Assembly: GCA_050486305.1 (NCBI GenBank)
Contig: JBJHDA010000001.1
Span: 435,071 to 499,070, forward strand
Direction of reading: 5' to 3'
Origin: Candidatus Saccharimonadota bacterium
Lineage (GTDB): Bacteria > Patescibacteriota > Saccharimonadia > Saccharimonadales > SLHW01
Length of the DNA stretch: 64,000 bases
This document shows, piece after piece, positions 18,953-28,214 of this stretch. The number at the start of each line of letters is the position of its first letter. Position 1 is the stretch's first letter. Both the position numbers and the translations under genes were made by a program. Below the pieces are notes generated by a model. It was not told the DNA's origin. It saw nothing but the letters and a program-made list of their open reading frames with translations, and searched no databases.

Positions 18953-19624
18953 TTACGGTGTGCGATCACGGACGGTCACGTGCCTAAATAGCATTGCGGA
19001 CATCCAGCCGATAGCTGCCCCGCCCACGATATCAAGCGGTGTGTGCACACCTAGGACCATTCGAGATATGCCGGCCAAAATGGTCATAATGATAATCGGG
19101 ATATGCCACTTCTTCGGCGTGTGATTATAAAGAACGATGCCAATCGCTACCGCCATTGCAGTATGACCGGAAGGAAACCCCGGACCGCGCACCATTACAT
19201 CGTGAAATACAATGTTATCAAACAGCTCGTCTGGCCTGCCCCGTCCAAACAAATCCTTACCTACTCCAGACAGCAGGTACGCCAATGCGCCAGCCATCAG
19301 AAGCCGCAGTACGATAATATAGTTCCGCAAAAACAGATACAGCAGCGAAAGTGTGGCAAAGAAGTACACGCTGCCGAGCTGCGTTAAAACAAAGAAAATA
19401 GGTATTAAGAACCCTGTCTCAATATAAAAGAACGAAAATATCGCTTCTTCTAATGCGGTTGCTTCCTCCGGACGGGTCAACAATGCAGCAACGATGAATG
19501 TAGCCAGCGCAACCAGGACATGCCAATCTGATTTTTGGAAATAATTCCTTTTCTTTTTTTGCGGCTTCTTTTTAACAGTTCGACTGCTGCTTCGAGCTGG
19601 TTTGCTCTTTTTTGCTTGTGGCAT
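18953..19624 (-). CDS. PAP2-family phosphatase (undecaprenyl-diphosphate / lipid phosphatase type)
   Basis: PAP2 motifs KDLFGRGRP, PSGHT and SRMVLGVHTPLD, in a multi-TM protein. Confidence 0.8.
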   Translation of the reverse strand: MPQAKKSKPARSSSRTVKKKPQKKKRNYFQKSDWHVLVALATFIVAALLTRPEEATALEEAIFSFFYIETGFLIPIFFVLTQLGSVYFFATLSLLYLFLRNYIIVLRLLMAGALAYLLSGVGKDLFGRGRPDELFDNIVFHDVMVRGPGFPSGHTAMAVAIGIVLYNHTPKKWHIPIIIMTILAGISRMVLGVHTPLDIVGGAAIGWMSAMLFRHVTVRDRTP

Positions 19625-19672
19625 AGTTAGAGGTATTCTACCCGCTTATGCTAAAACGAGTCAACCAGCTAC

Positions 19673-20566
19673 TTACTGGGCTGCCTGTCGAACAAGCCTA
19701 TCGACTAGCTCAGGCATACTGATCCCGGCGGTAAGTGCGGCCTTTGGAAACAAGCTCTGCTCGGTAAAGCCAGGTAGCGTGTTGAGCTCTAGCGCAAACA
19801 GCTCGTCATTTTTGATCATGAAATCTACCCTGGATAAATGGCGCACCTGCAAAGCATTATGAATATTCACCGCTATGGACTGTGCTGCCTCCTGCAGCTT
19901 CGCATCAATGTTTGCTGGCGGACACAGCTCCTGAGTTTTACCGTTATATTTGTTTTCGTAATCAAACTCTCCAGACTCAGGCGGGATAATTTCTATCACC
20001 GGAAGGGTCTGCCCGCCTAAGACCGCAACAGTTATTTCGTCTCCATCAATCAGCTTTTCAAGCAGCATCTTTTCGTCATGTAAGAATATAGCATCGAGAT
20101 CAAGCTGCGTTTCTGTTGGGCTGCGGACTATGTGGGTATTAATGCTCGACCCGCCAGTAACAGGCTTAAGAACATAGGGCTTTGTCAGCATCGGATCATT
20201 CTCAATCGACTGGCGTGTCACAACTCGCCACTGCGGCGTTTTTATTCCAAGCCGAACAAGCTCTTGCTTAAATAAGTCCTTATCAAAACACAGACGAGAC
20301 ACATCCGCCGTCGCACCGACGTACTTCATTCCTAGCTTGTCTAAGACTTCCTGAATCGAACCGTCTTCACCGCCAGCTCCATGTAACACCGGAAAAACGA
20401 CATCCACATTTTCCCAATACTTACCAATTGCATCTGTGTCATCCTTCGTGTCTAGCGAAATAACGTCGTGCCCAGCCTGCGTTAGCATCTGGGCTACAAA
20501 CGCAGCGGAGCGGAGTGAAACTTCCCGTTCGGCTGAGTTGCCGCCTTTCAATACTAGTATTTTCAT
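19673..20566 (-). CDS. ddl: D-alanine--D-alanine ligase
   Basis: MKILVLKGGNSAEREVSLRSA N-terminus, ATP-grasp core, and C-terminal LELNTLPGFT. Confidence 0.88.
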   Translation of the reverse strand: MKILVLKGGNSAEREVSLRSAAFVAQMLTQAGHDVISLDTKDDTDAIGKYWENVDVVFPVLHGAGGEDGSIQEVLDKLGMKYVGATADVSRLCFDKDLFKQELVRLGIKTPQWRVVTRQSIENDPMLTKPYVLKPVTGGSSINTHIVRSPTETQLDLDAIFLHDEKMLLEKLIDGDEITVAVLGGQTLPVIEIIPPESGEFDYENKYNGKTQELCPPANIDAKLQEAAQSIAVNIHNALQVRHLSRVDFMIKNDELFALELNTLPGFTEQSLFPKAALTAGISMPELVDRLVRQAAQ

Positions 20567-20625
20567 GCGCTTCTGCTTCTTAGGTTACTACGTCTAATCT
20601 AAATTAAATTATCTCAGCAACTTCA

Positions 20626-21732
20626 TTATACGATTTTTTCCCATGGAAGGTCAGGCTTGCCAAAATGCCCATAAGCAGAGGTTCCTTTGTATATTGGGCG
20701 ACGCAAGTTAAGCCCGTCAACGATGCCCTTTACTGATGTCTCAAGGAGTGAATCAGCAAACGCTTCAAGCTCTGCTTGCTCAACTTTTGACGTCCCCTGG
20801 GCGTCAATTGTCTTCATAAGCGGATTCGGCTGACCAATTACATAGGCCAAGCCGACTTCACATCGATCCGCCAGTCCTTTCGCCACAATGTTTTTTGCGA
20901 TATACCGTGCTGCATATGCGCCTGATCGATCAACTTTGCTCGGATCTTTCCCACTAAAGGCACCGCCGCCGACTCGGGCGTATCCGCCGTAGGTATCCAC
21001 AACGATCTTTCTGCCTGTCAAGCCGGCGTCAGATTCCGGGCCGGGTATATGCCATACGCCGGTACCGTTAATTACGATGTCCTCGACTTCCGGCAACGAG
21101 AATCCGTACCTGTCTAACACTGGCGTAACGATGCCTGTAATAGCATCTTTTTGAACCTGCTCGGGTGTCGTAGTCTCATCATGTGCAACGGCCAAAACCA
21201 GCTTTTCCACCCCGATTGGTTTGTCGCCCTCATAACGGACTGTTACCTGTGCCTTCCCGTCTGGCCGTAGCCAAGCAAGTTCACCGGATTCGCGAGCCTC
21301 ATCAATTTGCCTAGTGAGGGCATGTGCCAACGTTATTGGCAGCGGCATCAGCGTTTCTGTTTCCCGGCAAGCAAATCCAAACATCATGCCTTGGTCGCCC
21401 GCCCCGTCTTTGTCAACGCCGACAGCAATTTCAGGTGACTGTTGATGTATGTAGTTATGGAGCGTAGATTTGTCAGAAAAGCCCCACTTTGGGTTAGTAT
21501 AGCCGAGCTTGCGTATCGTATCTCGCGCGATGGTTTCGTAGTCTAGCGTTGCATCAGATTTTATTTCTCCGAGCAAGACGATTCTATCCGCCCCGACAAC
21601 AGCTTCAATCCCGGTGCGCGAGTTTGGGTCGTGCTTGATTGCCTCGTCAACAATTGCATCGCTGATTGCATCGCAAATTTTATCAGGATGCCCAGCGCAA
21701 ACGCTCTCACTTGTAAATAATGTGCTACTCAC
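20626..21732 (-). CDS. metK: S-adenosylmethionine synthase
   Basis: GHPDKICDAISDAIVD, GAGDQGMMFGFA and GGGAFSGKDPSKVDRSGAY. GTG start preceded by GGAGGG. Confidence 0.93.
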   Translation of the reverse strand: MSSTLFTSESVCAGHPDKICDAISDAIVDEAIKHDPNSRTGIEAVVGADRIVLLGEIKSDATLDYETIARDTIRKLGYTNPKWGFSDKSTLHNYIHQQSPEIAVGVDKDGAGDQGMMFGFACRETETLMPLPITLAHALTRQIDEARESGELAWLRPDGKAQVTVRYEGDKPIGVEKLVLAVAHDETTTPEQVQKDAITGIVTPVLDRYGFSLPEVEDIVINGTGVWHIPGPESDAGLTGRKIVVDTYGGYARVGGGAFSGKDPSKVDRSGAYAARYIAKNIVAKGLADRCEVGLAYVIGQPNPLMKTIDAQGTSKVEQAELEAFADSLLETSVKGIVDGLNLRRPIYKGTSAYGHFGKPDLPWEKIV

Positions 21733-21903
21733 TTAAATGCCCTCCATCTCAAAACTAGTTTTTTGTATTACCGATGCGCCCCTACTGGCCTGCACCTCTG
21801 CTCCAGCTGAAGCTATCTCTCCTATTATTGCGACGACTGCCACATCATCGCGTACACTTCTTTCGCATAAATCTGCGGGCAACTCTAGTTGTACTTCTCT
21901 CAT

Positions 21904-21941
21904 AAAAAATATCCTTTCTGGCAGGTAGCCGGAAAGGATAT
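21904..21941 (-). terminator. Rho-independent terminator in the metK leader (expression platform)
   Basis: On the minus strand, ATATCCTTTC-(13-nt loop)-GAAAGGATAT is followed by TTTTTT. The 5-prime arm can alternatively pair with the upstream GGAAAGATAT (antiterminator-like). Confidence 0.65.
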
Positions 21942-22055
21942 CTAAGAAGCAAAATATCTTTCCCGGTTTACAGCCGGGCTTGGATGGAGCACCTTTTCTG
22001 CTGTTAGCAGCTAGGTTGCCGGTAGGTCTGAAAGCCAAGTCTCTCGCTACACTCT
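21942..22055 (-). promoter_or_regulatory. SAM-I-clan-like riboswitch aptamer candidate upstream of metK
   Basis: Minus-strand read: GAGAGACUUGGCUUUCAGACCUACCGGCAACC, a hairpin (CUGCU-AAC-AGCAG), AAGGUGCUCCAUCC, then a hairpin (CCCGG-CUGUAAA-CCGGG). The GGCAACC and GGUGC(N)AUCC junctions match SAM-I/SAM-IV core junctions. I could not identify P1 or P2 convincingly. Confidence 0.45.
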
Positions 22056-22113
22056 TTATATCTTTAAATTGTTAACGTTTAGTACTATACGGCACCCATC
22101 GAAAACACGCAAC

Positions 22114-22491
22114 CTAGGCGCTTTCAGGAAATCGCGCGCAATCCAATAAGTTGCTGCCAAGATTGGCTATTCTCGAAGAATCTGCAGGATAAAACCCACG
22201 CTCTTGCTTGTTATGAACTGTGACTGTGCCATCAGGGTCTGCGCGAAGCCACTCGTTATCTATATGAAAAAAGATTGGTGGGTCAGATTCGTCTTCGTCG
22301 ACAGGAGCAATAGTGCCAACCCGCAACTCATGTACTGTCCCTTCAATTACAAGCGGAACAGTGACAACTGCCCCAGTTGCATCTGGCGACTGCGCCTCTA
22401 CAGTTTGGCGGATCTGAACCAATTGATCATAGGCAGTTGGCTGCTGTGTGTGCTCACTTTCGGGTCCAATTTCAAAACTCATAATAAACAC
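22114..22491 (-). CDS. Hypothetical protein
   Basis: 125-aa ORF with no recognisable motif. Confidence 0.5.
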   Translation of the reverse strand: MFIMSFEIGPESEHTQQPTAYDQLVQIRQTVEAQSPDATGAVVTVPLVIEGTVHELRVGTIAPVDEDESDPPIFFHIDNEWLRADPDGTVTVHNKQERGFYPADSSRIANLGSNLLDCARFPESA

Positions 22492-22621
22492 CTTTTCATT
22501 TTAAATCCGTGTACTCTACATATTATTGTACAGAGCAAGCAAATTGTTTACAATTCAGTATCCCTGGAATAAGCCTCATTAATACGTTATAATCACCACG
22601 TCTTTTAATTTTCCTATACAG

Positions 22622-22695
22622 TGGGATGTAGCCAAGCGGTAAGGCAACGGGTTCTGGTCCCGTGATCGGGGGTTCGAATCCCTCCATCCCAGCCA
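22622..22695 (+). tRNA. tRNA-Gln (anticodon CUG), CCA encoded
   Basis: Manual cloverleaf: acceptor TGGGATG/CATCCCA, short D-stem GCC/GGC, anticodon stem ACGGG/CCCGT with loop TTCTGGT, T-arm GGGGG-TTCGAAT-CCCTC, discriminator G, CCA. A hairpin plus T-run follows. Confidence 0.9.
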
Positions 22696-22850
22696 ATATA
22701 AAAACATCGGCAAACGTCGGTGTTTTTATATTGTTGGGATATAGGCGACCGAGAACCACGCGAGTGAGCAAAGCGAACGTGGGTTCGGTGAAGCGAAAGC
22801 TCACGCAGGAGCTAGCTCCGAGTAAGCTTGAGCAGAAGAGGCTTGCCGAT

Positions 22851-22868
22851 ATCCCTCCATCCCAGCCA
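22851..22868 (+). repeat. Copy 2 of the tRNA-Gln 3-prime end (ATCCCTCCATCCCAGCCA), att-like direct repeat
   Basis: 18/18 identical to 22678-22695. Followed by its own hairpin plus T-run (acaccac-cttg-tgtggtgt-ttttt). Confidence 0.85.
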
Positions 22869-23016
22869 TGAAATGACACCACCTTGTGTGGTGTTTTTTC
22901 ATGGCTCTGAGAGACTTCTAACCCCCGCAGAATGAGCGCAAGCGAATGTGGGGTTCGGGGCTTGAACCTCACGCGCAGGTGCTCGCATCGAGCATGAGGC
23001 GAAAAGCCACTATGTC

Positions 23017-23034
23017 ATCCCACCATCCCAGCCA
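23017..23034 (+). repeat. Copy 3 of the tRNA-Gln 3-prime end (ATCCCACCATCCCAGCCA)
   Basis: 17/18 match. The preceding ~110 bp is recognisably homologous to the segment preceding copy 2. Confidence 0.8.
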
Positions 23035-23181
23035 CGAACTATTCGCTTCGCTCGAGTTCATGGCAGCACCATTGGAATAATGAATATCGGAACGGAGAAG
23101 CACATAATTTAATTTTCTAACGGCAATCAATTGCTCTAATCAGTATCGACTGGTATATTTTCATTAAGCAAGCCAGGTGTT

Positions 23182-23499
23182 ATGGAAAACTATCCGCCCC
23201 AGAACGAAACCCATAGAATGCGCTCATCTGAAGTAGATGCAGCTAGAGAAAAACTGCAGATTGAACATGCAGCACTCACCCCTGAACAGCAGCAGAAATG
23301 CGAACTATATGTACGCAAACATGGACAGCCTATTAATGGAACTATAATCGATAACCCAGACAGGTCTGGGCTGAAGTTTGGATCTGATACGGCGCCCTTT
23401 TACGATAAGGGTACATTTGGATTGCCGGCTGATTTATTTGCCGAAGAAGCAGCCCATGCGATGATTAGGCTCGAACAAATGCTTGGAAACCCTGAGTAG
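23182..23499 (+). CDS. Hypothetical protein (inside the segment between att-like copies 3 and 4)
   Basis: 105-aa ORF with no recognisable motif. Confidence 0.45.
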   Translation: MENYPPQNETHRMRSSEVDAAREKLQIEHAALTPEQQQKCELYVRKHGQPINGTIIDNPDRSGLKFGSDTAPFYDKGTFGLPADLFAEEAAHAMIRLEQMLGNPE

Positions 23500-23569
23500 T
23501 GCTACAGTGCCGCAACAATATCACATCAGCACGTCACTTTAGCCTGTAGAGCGCAGCATGCACGAGATC

Positions 23570-23587
23570 ATCCCTCCATCCCAGCTA
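23570..23587 (+). repeat. Copy 4 of the tRNA-Gln 3-prime end (ATCCCTCCATCCCAGCTA)
   Basis: 17/18 match, 553 bp after copy 3. Confidence 0.8.
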
Positions 23588-23666
23588 ATACAATAGCGTG
23601 GCATTTTCCACTGCAATAAATACCCTGTCATATACCATTTAGTGATTTACGGGGGTTTTTACGTTT

Positions 23667-24329
23667 ATGAGATCAGTGGTGCTGTCAACTGTGCTGGCAA
23701 TCGAAAATATTAAGTTTGAAGTTTTTCTCGTCTATATCCTCGCACTCATCGCAATTCTTTTGCAGGTCGTCTCGTTGCATGCTGCAGATAGCTCAAGTTC
23801 CAGCCTAGCCCGGCCAGCGAGTATACAAAACGGCCAACCGTTAATGGCAGCAGCAGAGGAAGAGCCCGCCCCAGAGGTTAACCAAGCTTCAGCCACAGTG
23901 CCAGAAGAGCCTGAGCAAGCAGAAATCACTAAAAAAGTTTGGCCGATGAACGGCAGAGTTACTGTTGAGTTCGGCGTGCCTCATCGGCCATGGCAAAACA
24001 GACACACTGGAATCGACATTATTAGCGACAATCGCTCCGGCGCGGCCTCAATTACTCCTTTTACAGACGGAACTGTTTCGGAAATTATCCGTTCTGGCCG
24101 TGGCCTTGGAAACCACGTGATTGTCGACCACGGAGAGGGCATTTCTTCCGTTTATGCACATTTATCTAGAATTAACGTGCGGATAGGCCAAGACGTAAAA
24201 CCCGGCGATACACTTGGATATGAAGGGAGCTCCGGAGCGACTACGGGTCGGCACCTGCACTTTGAAGTGCGGGTAAACGGCGTGCCAAAAAACCCACGAA
24301 ACTTTATATTTGGGAACCCCAACGACTAG
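23667..24329 (+). CDS. M23-family peptidoglycan metalloendopeptidase
   Basis: HTGIDI, and SSGATTGRHLHFEV (HxH). N-terminal membrane/signal segment. Confidence 0.85.
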   Translation: MRSVVLSTVLAIENIKFEVFLVYILALIAILLQVVSLHAADSSSSSLARPASIQNGQPLMAAAEEEPAPEVNQASATVPEEPEQAEITKKVWPMNGRVTVEFGVPHRPWQNRHTGIDIISDNRSGAASITPFTDGTVSEIIRSGRGLGNHVIVDHGEGISSVYAHLSRINVRIGQDVKPGDTLGYEGSSGATTGRHLHFEVRVNGVPKNPRNFIFGNPND

Positions 24330-24446
24330 CTGGCTCACTCGGCGGCATCCCGTAAATTATTCAACTGCCATTTTCTCGAGTTTCGTTAATGTATGAGCAT
24401 ACCGCCTACATTGCTGTGGGCGGATTTGTGTGAGAGGTAAAAAGAG

Positions 24447-25580
24447 GTGAAGAAAATATACGATGTCAGTATCGTCCGCAGGTACAAAGTAAAGCCAAGT
24501 GCGGACAATATTCAGGGTATAAAGCGGCGCAAACAAGCGGAGGCTAAGGACTCCTTAGTGCTGCCACTAAAAGAGAAGCAGCGGCCACATGCAGAGAAAA
24601 CTCCCAAGCAAAGCACAAAAAAGGAGCCCTTAAGCTCGTATATGATTGATCCCGATTATCTTGACTACATCACAGGTGAATCAACACCAGATGACATGCA
24701 ACCTCAGCAGCAAAAACCAGCAAGCGATGAGTGGGAGCTCGGCCCAAAGGAGACAGACGGCAAGCTTGAATTACTGATCTCAAAATTATCAGCAGCTTGG
24801 GGTGCTACAGGAGCTGTGGCCAAACAAGCGATCGACCGGGCAGCGGAACTCTGGCGCAAACACGTTTCCCGAGCAAATGCAGCAAAATACTGGAGTGCGA
24901 CCAAAGCTGCTCTCTTTAAGCTAAGTATTGCAACTTACGATAAGCTCGCCGTATTACGAAAGAAGGCATTGCGTTACCTAAAGGTGTTGCTGGCCTTGCG
25001 CATCCCTGCTACTTATACCGCTGCCAGAGGGGTCATCCCTACTAACGTACGCAGGCTTAAATTCTTTGCCAAAATCGCACTGCCTGTACTCGCGATTGTT
25101 TTACTGCTTACGGCAGGAGTGTTCACAACGAACGACACGAATGGCACGACCACTGACATTCCGGTTGTCACTACCACTGATGACGATGAAGATGACGAAC
25201 CTGATGAGCCGGAGGCAGACAACAACAGGAACGGCGAAACTCCAGAGGGTAACGCAACAGAAATAAGCGATACTGCTACGCCACAGCAAGGTAATAACGG
25301 TAGCGAGGGCAGCACAACTGGCACGAGCACAAGTCAACAGCAGGCACAAGACGATAGTGAGGACATGGGGCCCATAGGTGGTGGTGACGACTCAGCTTTC
25401 ACTCAAAACGGCCGGACCAGTAGTGAGTCAAGCGGTACCAACGGTACTAGCAACGGCACAAACAATCAGGAAGATGACCAAACAGATGATGTAACATCAT
25501 GCACTTTGATCGAAAATACGCTCAGGGAAGTAAGCGGCTTACTAAAGCCTGGCGAAGAAAGCGAAAACTGCACACCTTGA
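24447..25580 (+). CDS. Hypothetical membrane protein with a T/N/G/D/E-rich low-complexity ectodomain
   Basis: GTG-initiated 377-aa ORF with one TM helix (FFAKIALPVLAIVLLLTAGVF) followed by an acidic Thr/Asn/Gly-rich tail. Confidence 0.55.
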   Translation: MKKIYDVSIVRRYKVKPSADNIQGIKRRKQAEAKDSLVLPLKEKQRPHAEKTPKQSTKKEPLSSYMIDPDYLDYITGESTPDDMQPQQQKPASDEWELGPKETDGKLELLISKLSAAWGATGAVAKQAIDRAAELWRKHVSRANAAKYWSATKAALFKLSIATYDKLAVLRKKALRYLKVLLALRIPATYTAARGVIPTNVRRLKFFAKIALPVLAIVLLLTAGVFTTNDTNGTTTDIPVVTTTDDDEDDEPDEPEADNNRNGETPEGNATEISDTATPQQGNNGSEGSTTGTSTSQQQAQDDSEDMGPIGGGDDSAFTQNGRTSSESSGTNGTSNGTNNQEDDQTDDVTSCTLIENTLREVSGLLKPGEESENCTP

Positions 25581-25614
25581 GGCTGTTGAGAAGCCTGCCC
25601 CCCGCCTAACTACA

Positions 25615-25998
25615 TCAACTCAGTATATCGGCCACCATCTCATCAATCTGGTTGTCTGATAGATTCGCCTTTACGGCGTACCCTTCTATACCAAGTTCAC
25701 GCAGCGTCGGCGGTGCATCGGCCTCGCTTAAGTTAGAAATAATCAACACCTTTATGTCCTTGCCCCAGTCGCTGTTACGAATTGTCGTGAGAACTTGCTC
25801 GCCGGAAATATCCGGTATCATTAGGTCCAGCAACACTAAATCTGGTATTTCTTTTTGTATAAAATAAAGAGCTGTTATGCCGTTGTACGCAATGAAGCAG
25901 GTGTAGCCAAGCAGCTCAAGCCGTGTTTTATAAATCTCCGCCAAACTTGAGTTGTCTTCTACGATGACTATCTTTTTAGAATCTGCGTTTTGTTCCAT
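25615..25998 (-). CDS. Stand-alone response-regulator receiver domain (CheY-like)
   Basis: IVIVEDN, LVLLDLMIPDISG (phospho-acceptor Asp) and conserved K in YAVKA. There is no output domain and no kinase gene in the window. Confidence 0.8.
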   Translation of the reverse strand: MEQNADSKKIVIVEDNSSLAEIYKTRLELLGYTCFIAYNGITALYFIQKEIPDLVLLDLMIPDISGEQVLTTIRNSDWGKDIKVLIISNLSEADAPPTLRELGIEGYAVKANLSDNQIDEMVADILS

Positions 25999-26092
25999 GT
26001 GCTGATTTTAATACATCTACGATGGTAATACTAATTATCAGTAACTCGCTAAATGTAAGGTATAGTATAAGCATAACCAAATAGGAAAAGAC

Positions 26093-26665
26093 TTGACCGG
26101 AAATCTGGAAAGAGATCCCAGCCTAGACTTCGGCGGAGAGCTGATAGAGCTCCGCCCATATACCAAGCACGTAGAGCAGAGCCTGGCGGCTGAAGCCTTG
26201 GCTCAAATCTACTTTTATAGCCCGACAGACCGTAATTTTACACAGGGCTGGTCATTTGAAGAGCTAGATATGCTCTCATTGCGCGAGCCAGCTGTAAACT
26301 TTATGCTCCACATGAAACCGTTCGACAACCAAGACAGGTTTTACTGCCTTCGTGACAGCGAATCCCGCTTTGTTACAGTCGGCAAATTCGTTACCGAGCT
26401 CAATCAGCCGTTCGTAGGCGACAAGGTTGAGGCCCACTCAGGCATGCCAATAGTAACCGATACGAATACGGGGTTAGGTGTGATACTCCGCGAGCGAGAC
26501 TCAGTCTTCAGCTATTTTGATAACCATGAAGAGGCACCTCCTTGGTGCCCAATCGATGCGCGCCTAAAGGAACTTATGTTGACAGATGAAATACGACGGA
26601 ATATAGACGGTACCCTTTTCGTATCCGAAAAAAACGCCCTCAAACCGCCTGGCCAAACTTTTTAA
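26093..26665 (+). CDS. Hypothetical protein
   Basis: 190-aa ORF (TTG start) with no recognisable motif. Confidence 0.4.
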   Translation: MTGNLERDPSLDFGGELIELRPYTKHVEQSLAAEALAQIYFYSPTDRNFTQGWSFEELDMLSLREPAVNFMLHMKPFDNQDRFYCLRDSESRFVTVGKFVTELNQPFVGDKVEAHSGMPIVTDTNTGLGVILRERDSVFSYFDNHEEAPPWCPIDARLKELMLTDEIRRNIDGTLFVSEKNALKPPGQTF

Positions 26666-27435
26666 TCAGCCCCCGACCCGACATAAATCGGCTCTAGCTC
26701 GGCAATCTGTCCTAGCAATTCCACGCCTACATCAAGTGCCTGTACTTTGTGCTCAATAAACTCATACGACCCAAAAGGAGCAACAGACTCATTTTTGCCT
26801 TCTACTGGGATAGCAACAGCTGGTGTAAATACCTGGAAGTTTTGCGATAGGGTTATTTTGTCATCTTTGAGATTAAATAATGGTACAAGCGGTATCGGAC
26901 TCTTGCCATCCGCTACTTGCTGCATTTTTTCGCTGCCAGGTATCATCTCCATCTCTGGATAGTTGGGGCTTTCCAGGTCAAATACACCGACAAAGTATTG
27001 GGTGTCGTCAACTTCATCCGCGGTAAAATCAATTGCTAGCCATTTATCGTTCTCTTCTGTGTTTATCAGCTCGTTCGTGATAATACGAATACTCTGCTTG
27101 CAATCAACAGCTTCGCCAGGCTCTGCAGTGCGCATTACACAAACCATCGTTTGCAAAATACTTGATGGTTGGTCGGGCTCAAATACCTCCTGTTGGAAAA
27201 GTGCAACCCCGACACCGTCAGATAGAGCACCGTGCTTAATAAGTTTACTCTTTACGCTCATACGAAAGTGACTAAGCTCGGTCTGGAATTTAGCCTCAAT
27301 AATACTCTGATTGATTTCCGCCTCGCGTCGAATTTCGCCAGAATTAGCGAAATCATGATGTCCGACCCAAGAACGATTATCTCTCATGTCAAGTATCCTT
27401 ATCACTGATTGTACTGTATTTGCGTAATCACACAA
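26662..27435 (-). CDS. Hypothetical protein
   Basis: 257-aa ORF with no recognisable motif. Its 3-prime end overlaps the convergent ORF by 4 nt. Confidence 0.45.
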   Translation of the reverse strand: MCDYANTVQSVIRILDMRDNRSWVGHHDFANSGEIRREAEINQSIIEAKFQTELSHFRMSVKSKLIKHGALSDGVGVALFQQEVFEPDQPSSILQTMVCVMRTAEPGEAVDCKQSIRIITNELINTEENDKWLAIDFTADEVDDTQYFVGVFDLESPNYPEMEMIPGSEKMQQVADGKSPIPLVPLFNLKDDKITLSQNFQVFTPAVAIPVEGKNESVAPFGSYEFIEHKVQALDVGVELLGQIAELEPIYVGSGAD

Positions 27436-27486
27436 ATAATTGTCATATTTTATAGTGCTAGGTGATTTGCAGGAAAACGAAAACCA

Positions 27487-28092
27487 CTAGTCTTCTATAT
27501 AAAAACAATCCCAGCACACAGGGTTATACAGATATTGCGGATTACTCGGATCTTCCGGAACGATCTCCGGCAAGCCTTCTCGAATAACCTCATTTGTCTG
27601 AGCATTGCGTATTTGCGTAAATCGCGCGTTCATATCAGAGCAATCATCGCCAGCACAAACAGCCTCATGCTGTTGAACTTTCGGGCCAGCCTCAAGCAAT
27701 TTAGTGTAGGTAGACATTGGTTTACCCATACCAGAAAGATCCAGCGTTGCCGCTAGCACAACCTTACCTTTGCTTCGCCATTGCTGGACACACTTGTAGG
27801 CGTCATCCGCCTCAAACATAAATGCCTCGTCTACGCCGATAACATCCACGTCATCAAGGGCAAAACGCGCCGTCCATTCGCTCAGTTCTTGCAGCGAATA
27901 CGCTCTGATTTTTTCGCCATTACGAGACGCAATCCCGTCATCCCTCAGCTCAGCGCCAGGCTTAAGTCCAATCACGTTATAGCCCGCATACGTGTACTTC
28001 TTCATATCGGAAATCAGGGCTGCCGATTTTCCGCTCATCATCGGCCCAACGTGCAACACGAATTCGGGTGTTTGTTTTTCTGTTTCCCCCAT
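27487..28092 (-). CDS. tdk: Thymidine kinase
   Basis: P-loop GPMMSGKS, VIGVDEAFMF, and C-terminal Zn-binding cysteines (CAGDDC, CWDC). Start moved to MGETEKQ. Confidence 0.85.
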   Translation of the reverse strand: MGETEKQTPEFVLHVGPMMSGKSAALISDMKKYTYAGYNVIGLKPGAELRDDGIASRNGEKIRAYSLQELSEWTARFALDDVDVIGVDEAFMFEADDAYKCVQQWRSKGKVVLAATLDLSGMGKPMSTYTKLLEAGPKVQQHEAVCAGDDCSDMNARFTQIRNAQTNEVIREGLPEIVPEDPSNPQYLYNPVCWDCFYIED

Positions 28093-28214
28093 AATTGCTA
28101 TGTAGTATAGCAACCAATTTCTGAAATTATAAAATTAATTGCCCCGTTTTTCGCGAACCGTTTATTATCGAATGTTATACTGGAACTGCACATCATCTCA
28201 GTTATTTTTGCGTT

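Noticed and set aside
21733-22038. 101-aa ORF immediately upstream of metK
   Set aside because: It lies entirely within the riboswitch-like leader and terminator. Its sequence is dominated by stem-forming segments, so coding is unlikely.
22523-22972. 149-aa minus-strand ORF (and the 69-aa plus-strand ORF at 22662-22871) spanning the tRNA-Gln and the att-like repeats
   Set aside because: It overlaps a well-folding tRNA and non-coding repeat units. The composition looks like translated structured or repeat DNA, and there is no RBS.
22678-23587. Possibility that the four 18-bp repeats form a CRISPR array
   Set aside because: The repeats are only 18 bp and derive from the tRNA 3-prime end. The spacing is irregular (173, 166, 553 bp), two of the intervening segments are homologous to each other, and no cas genes are present.
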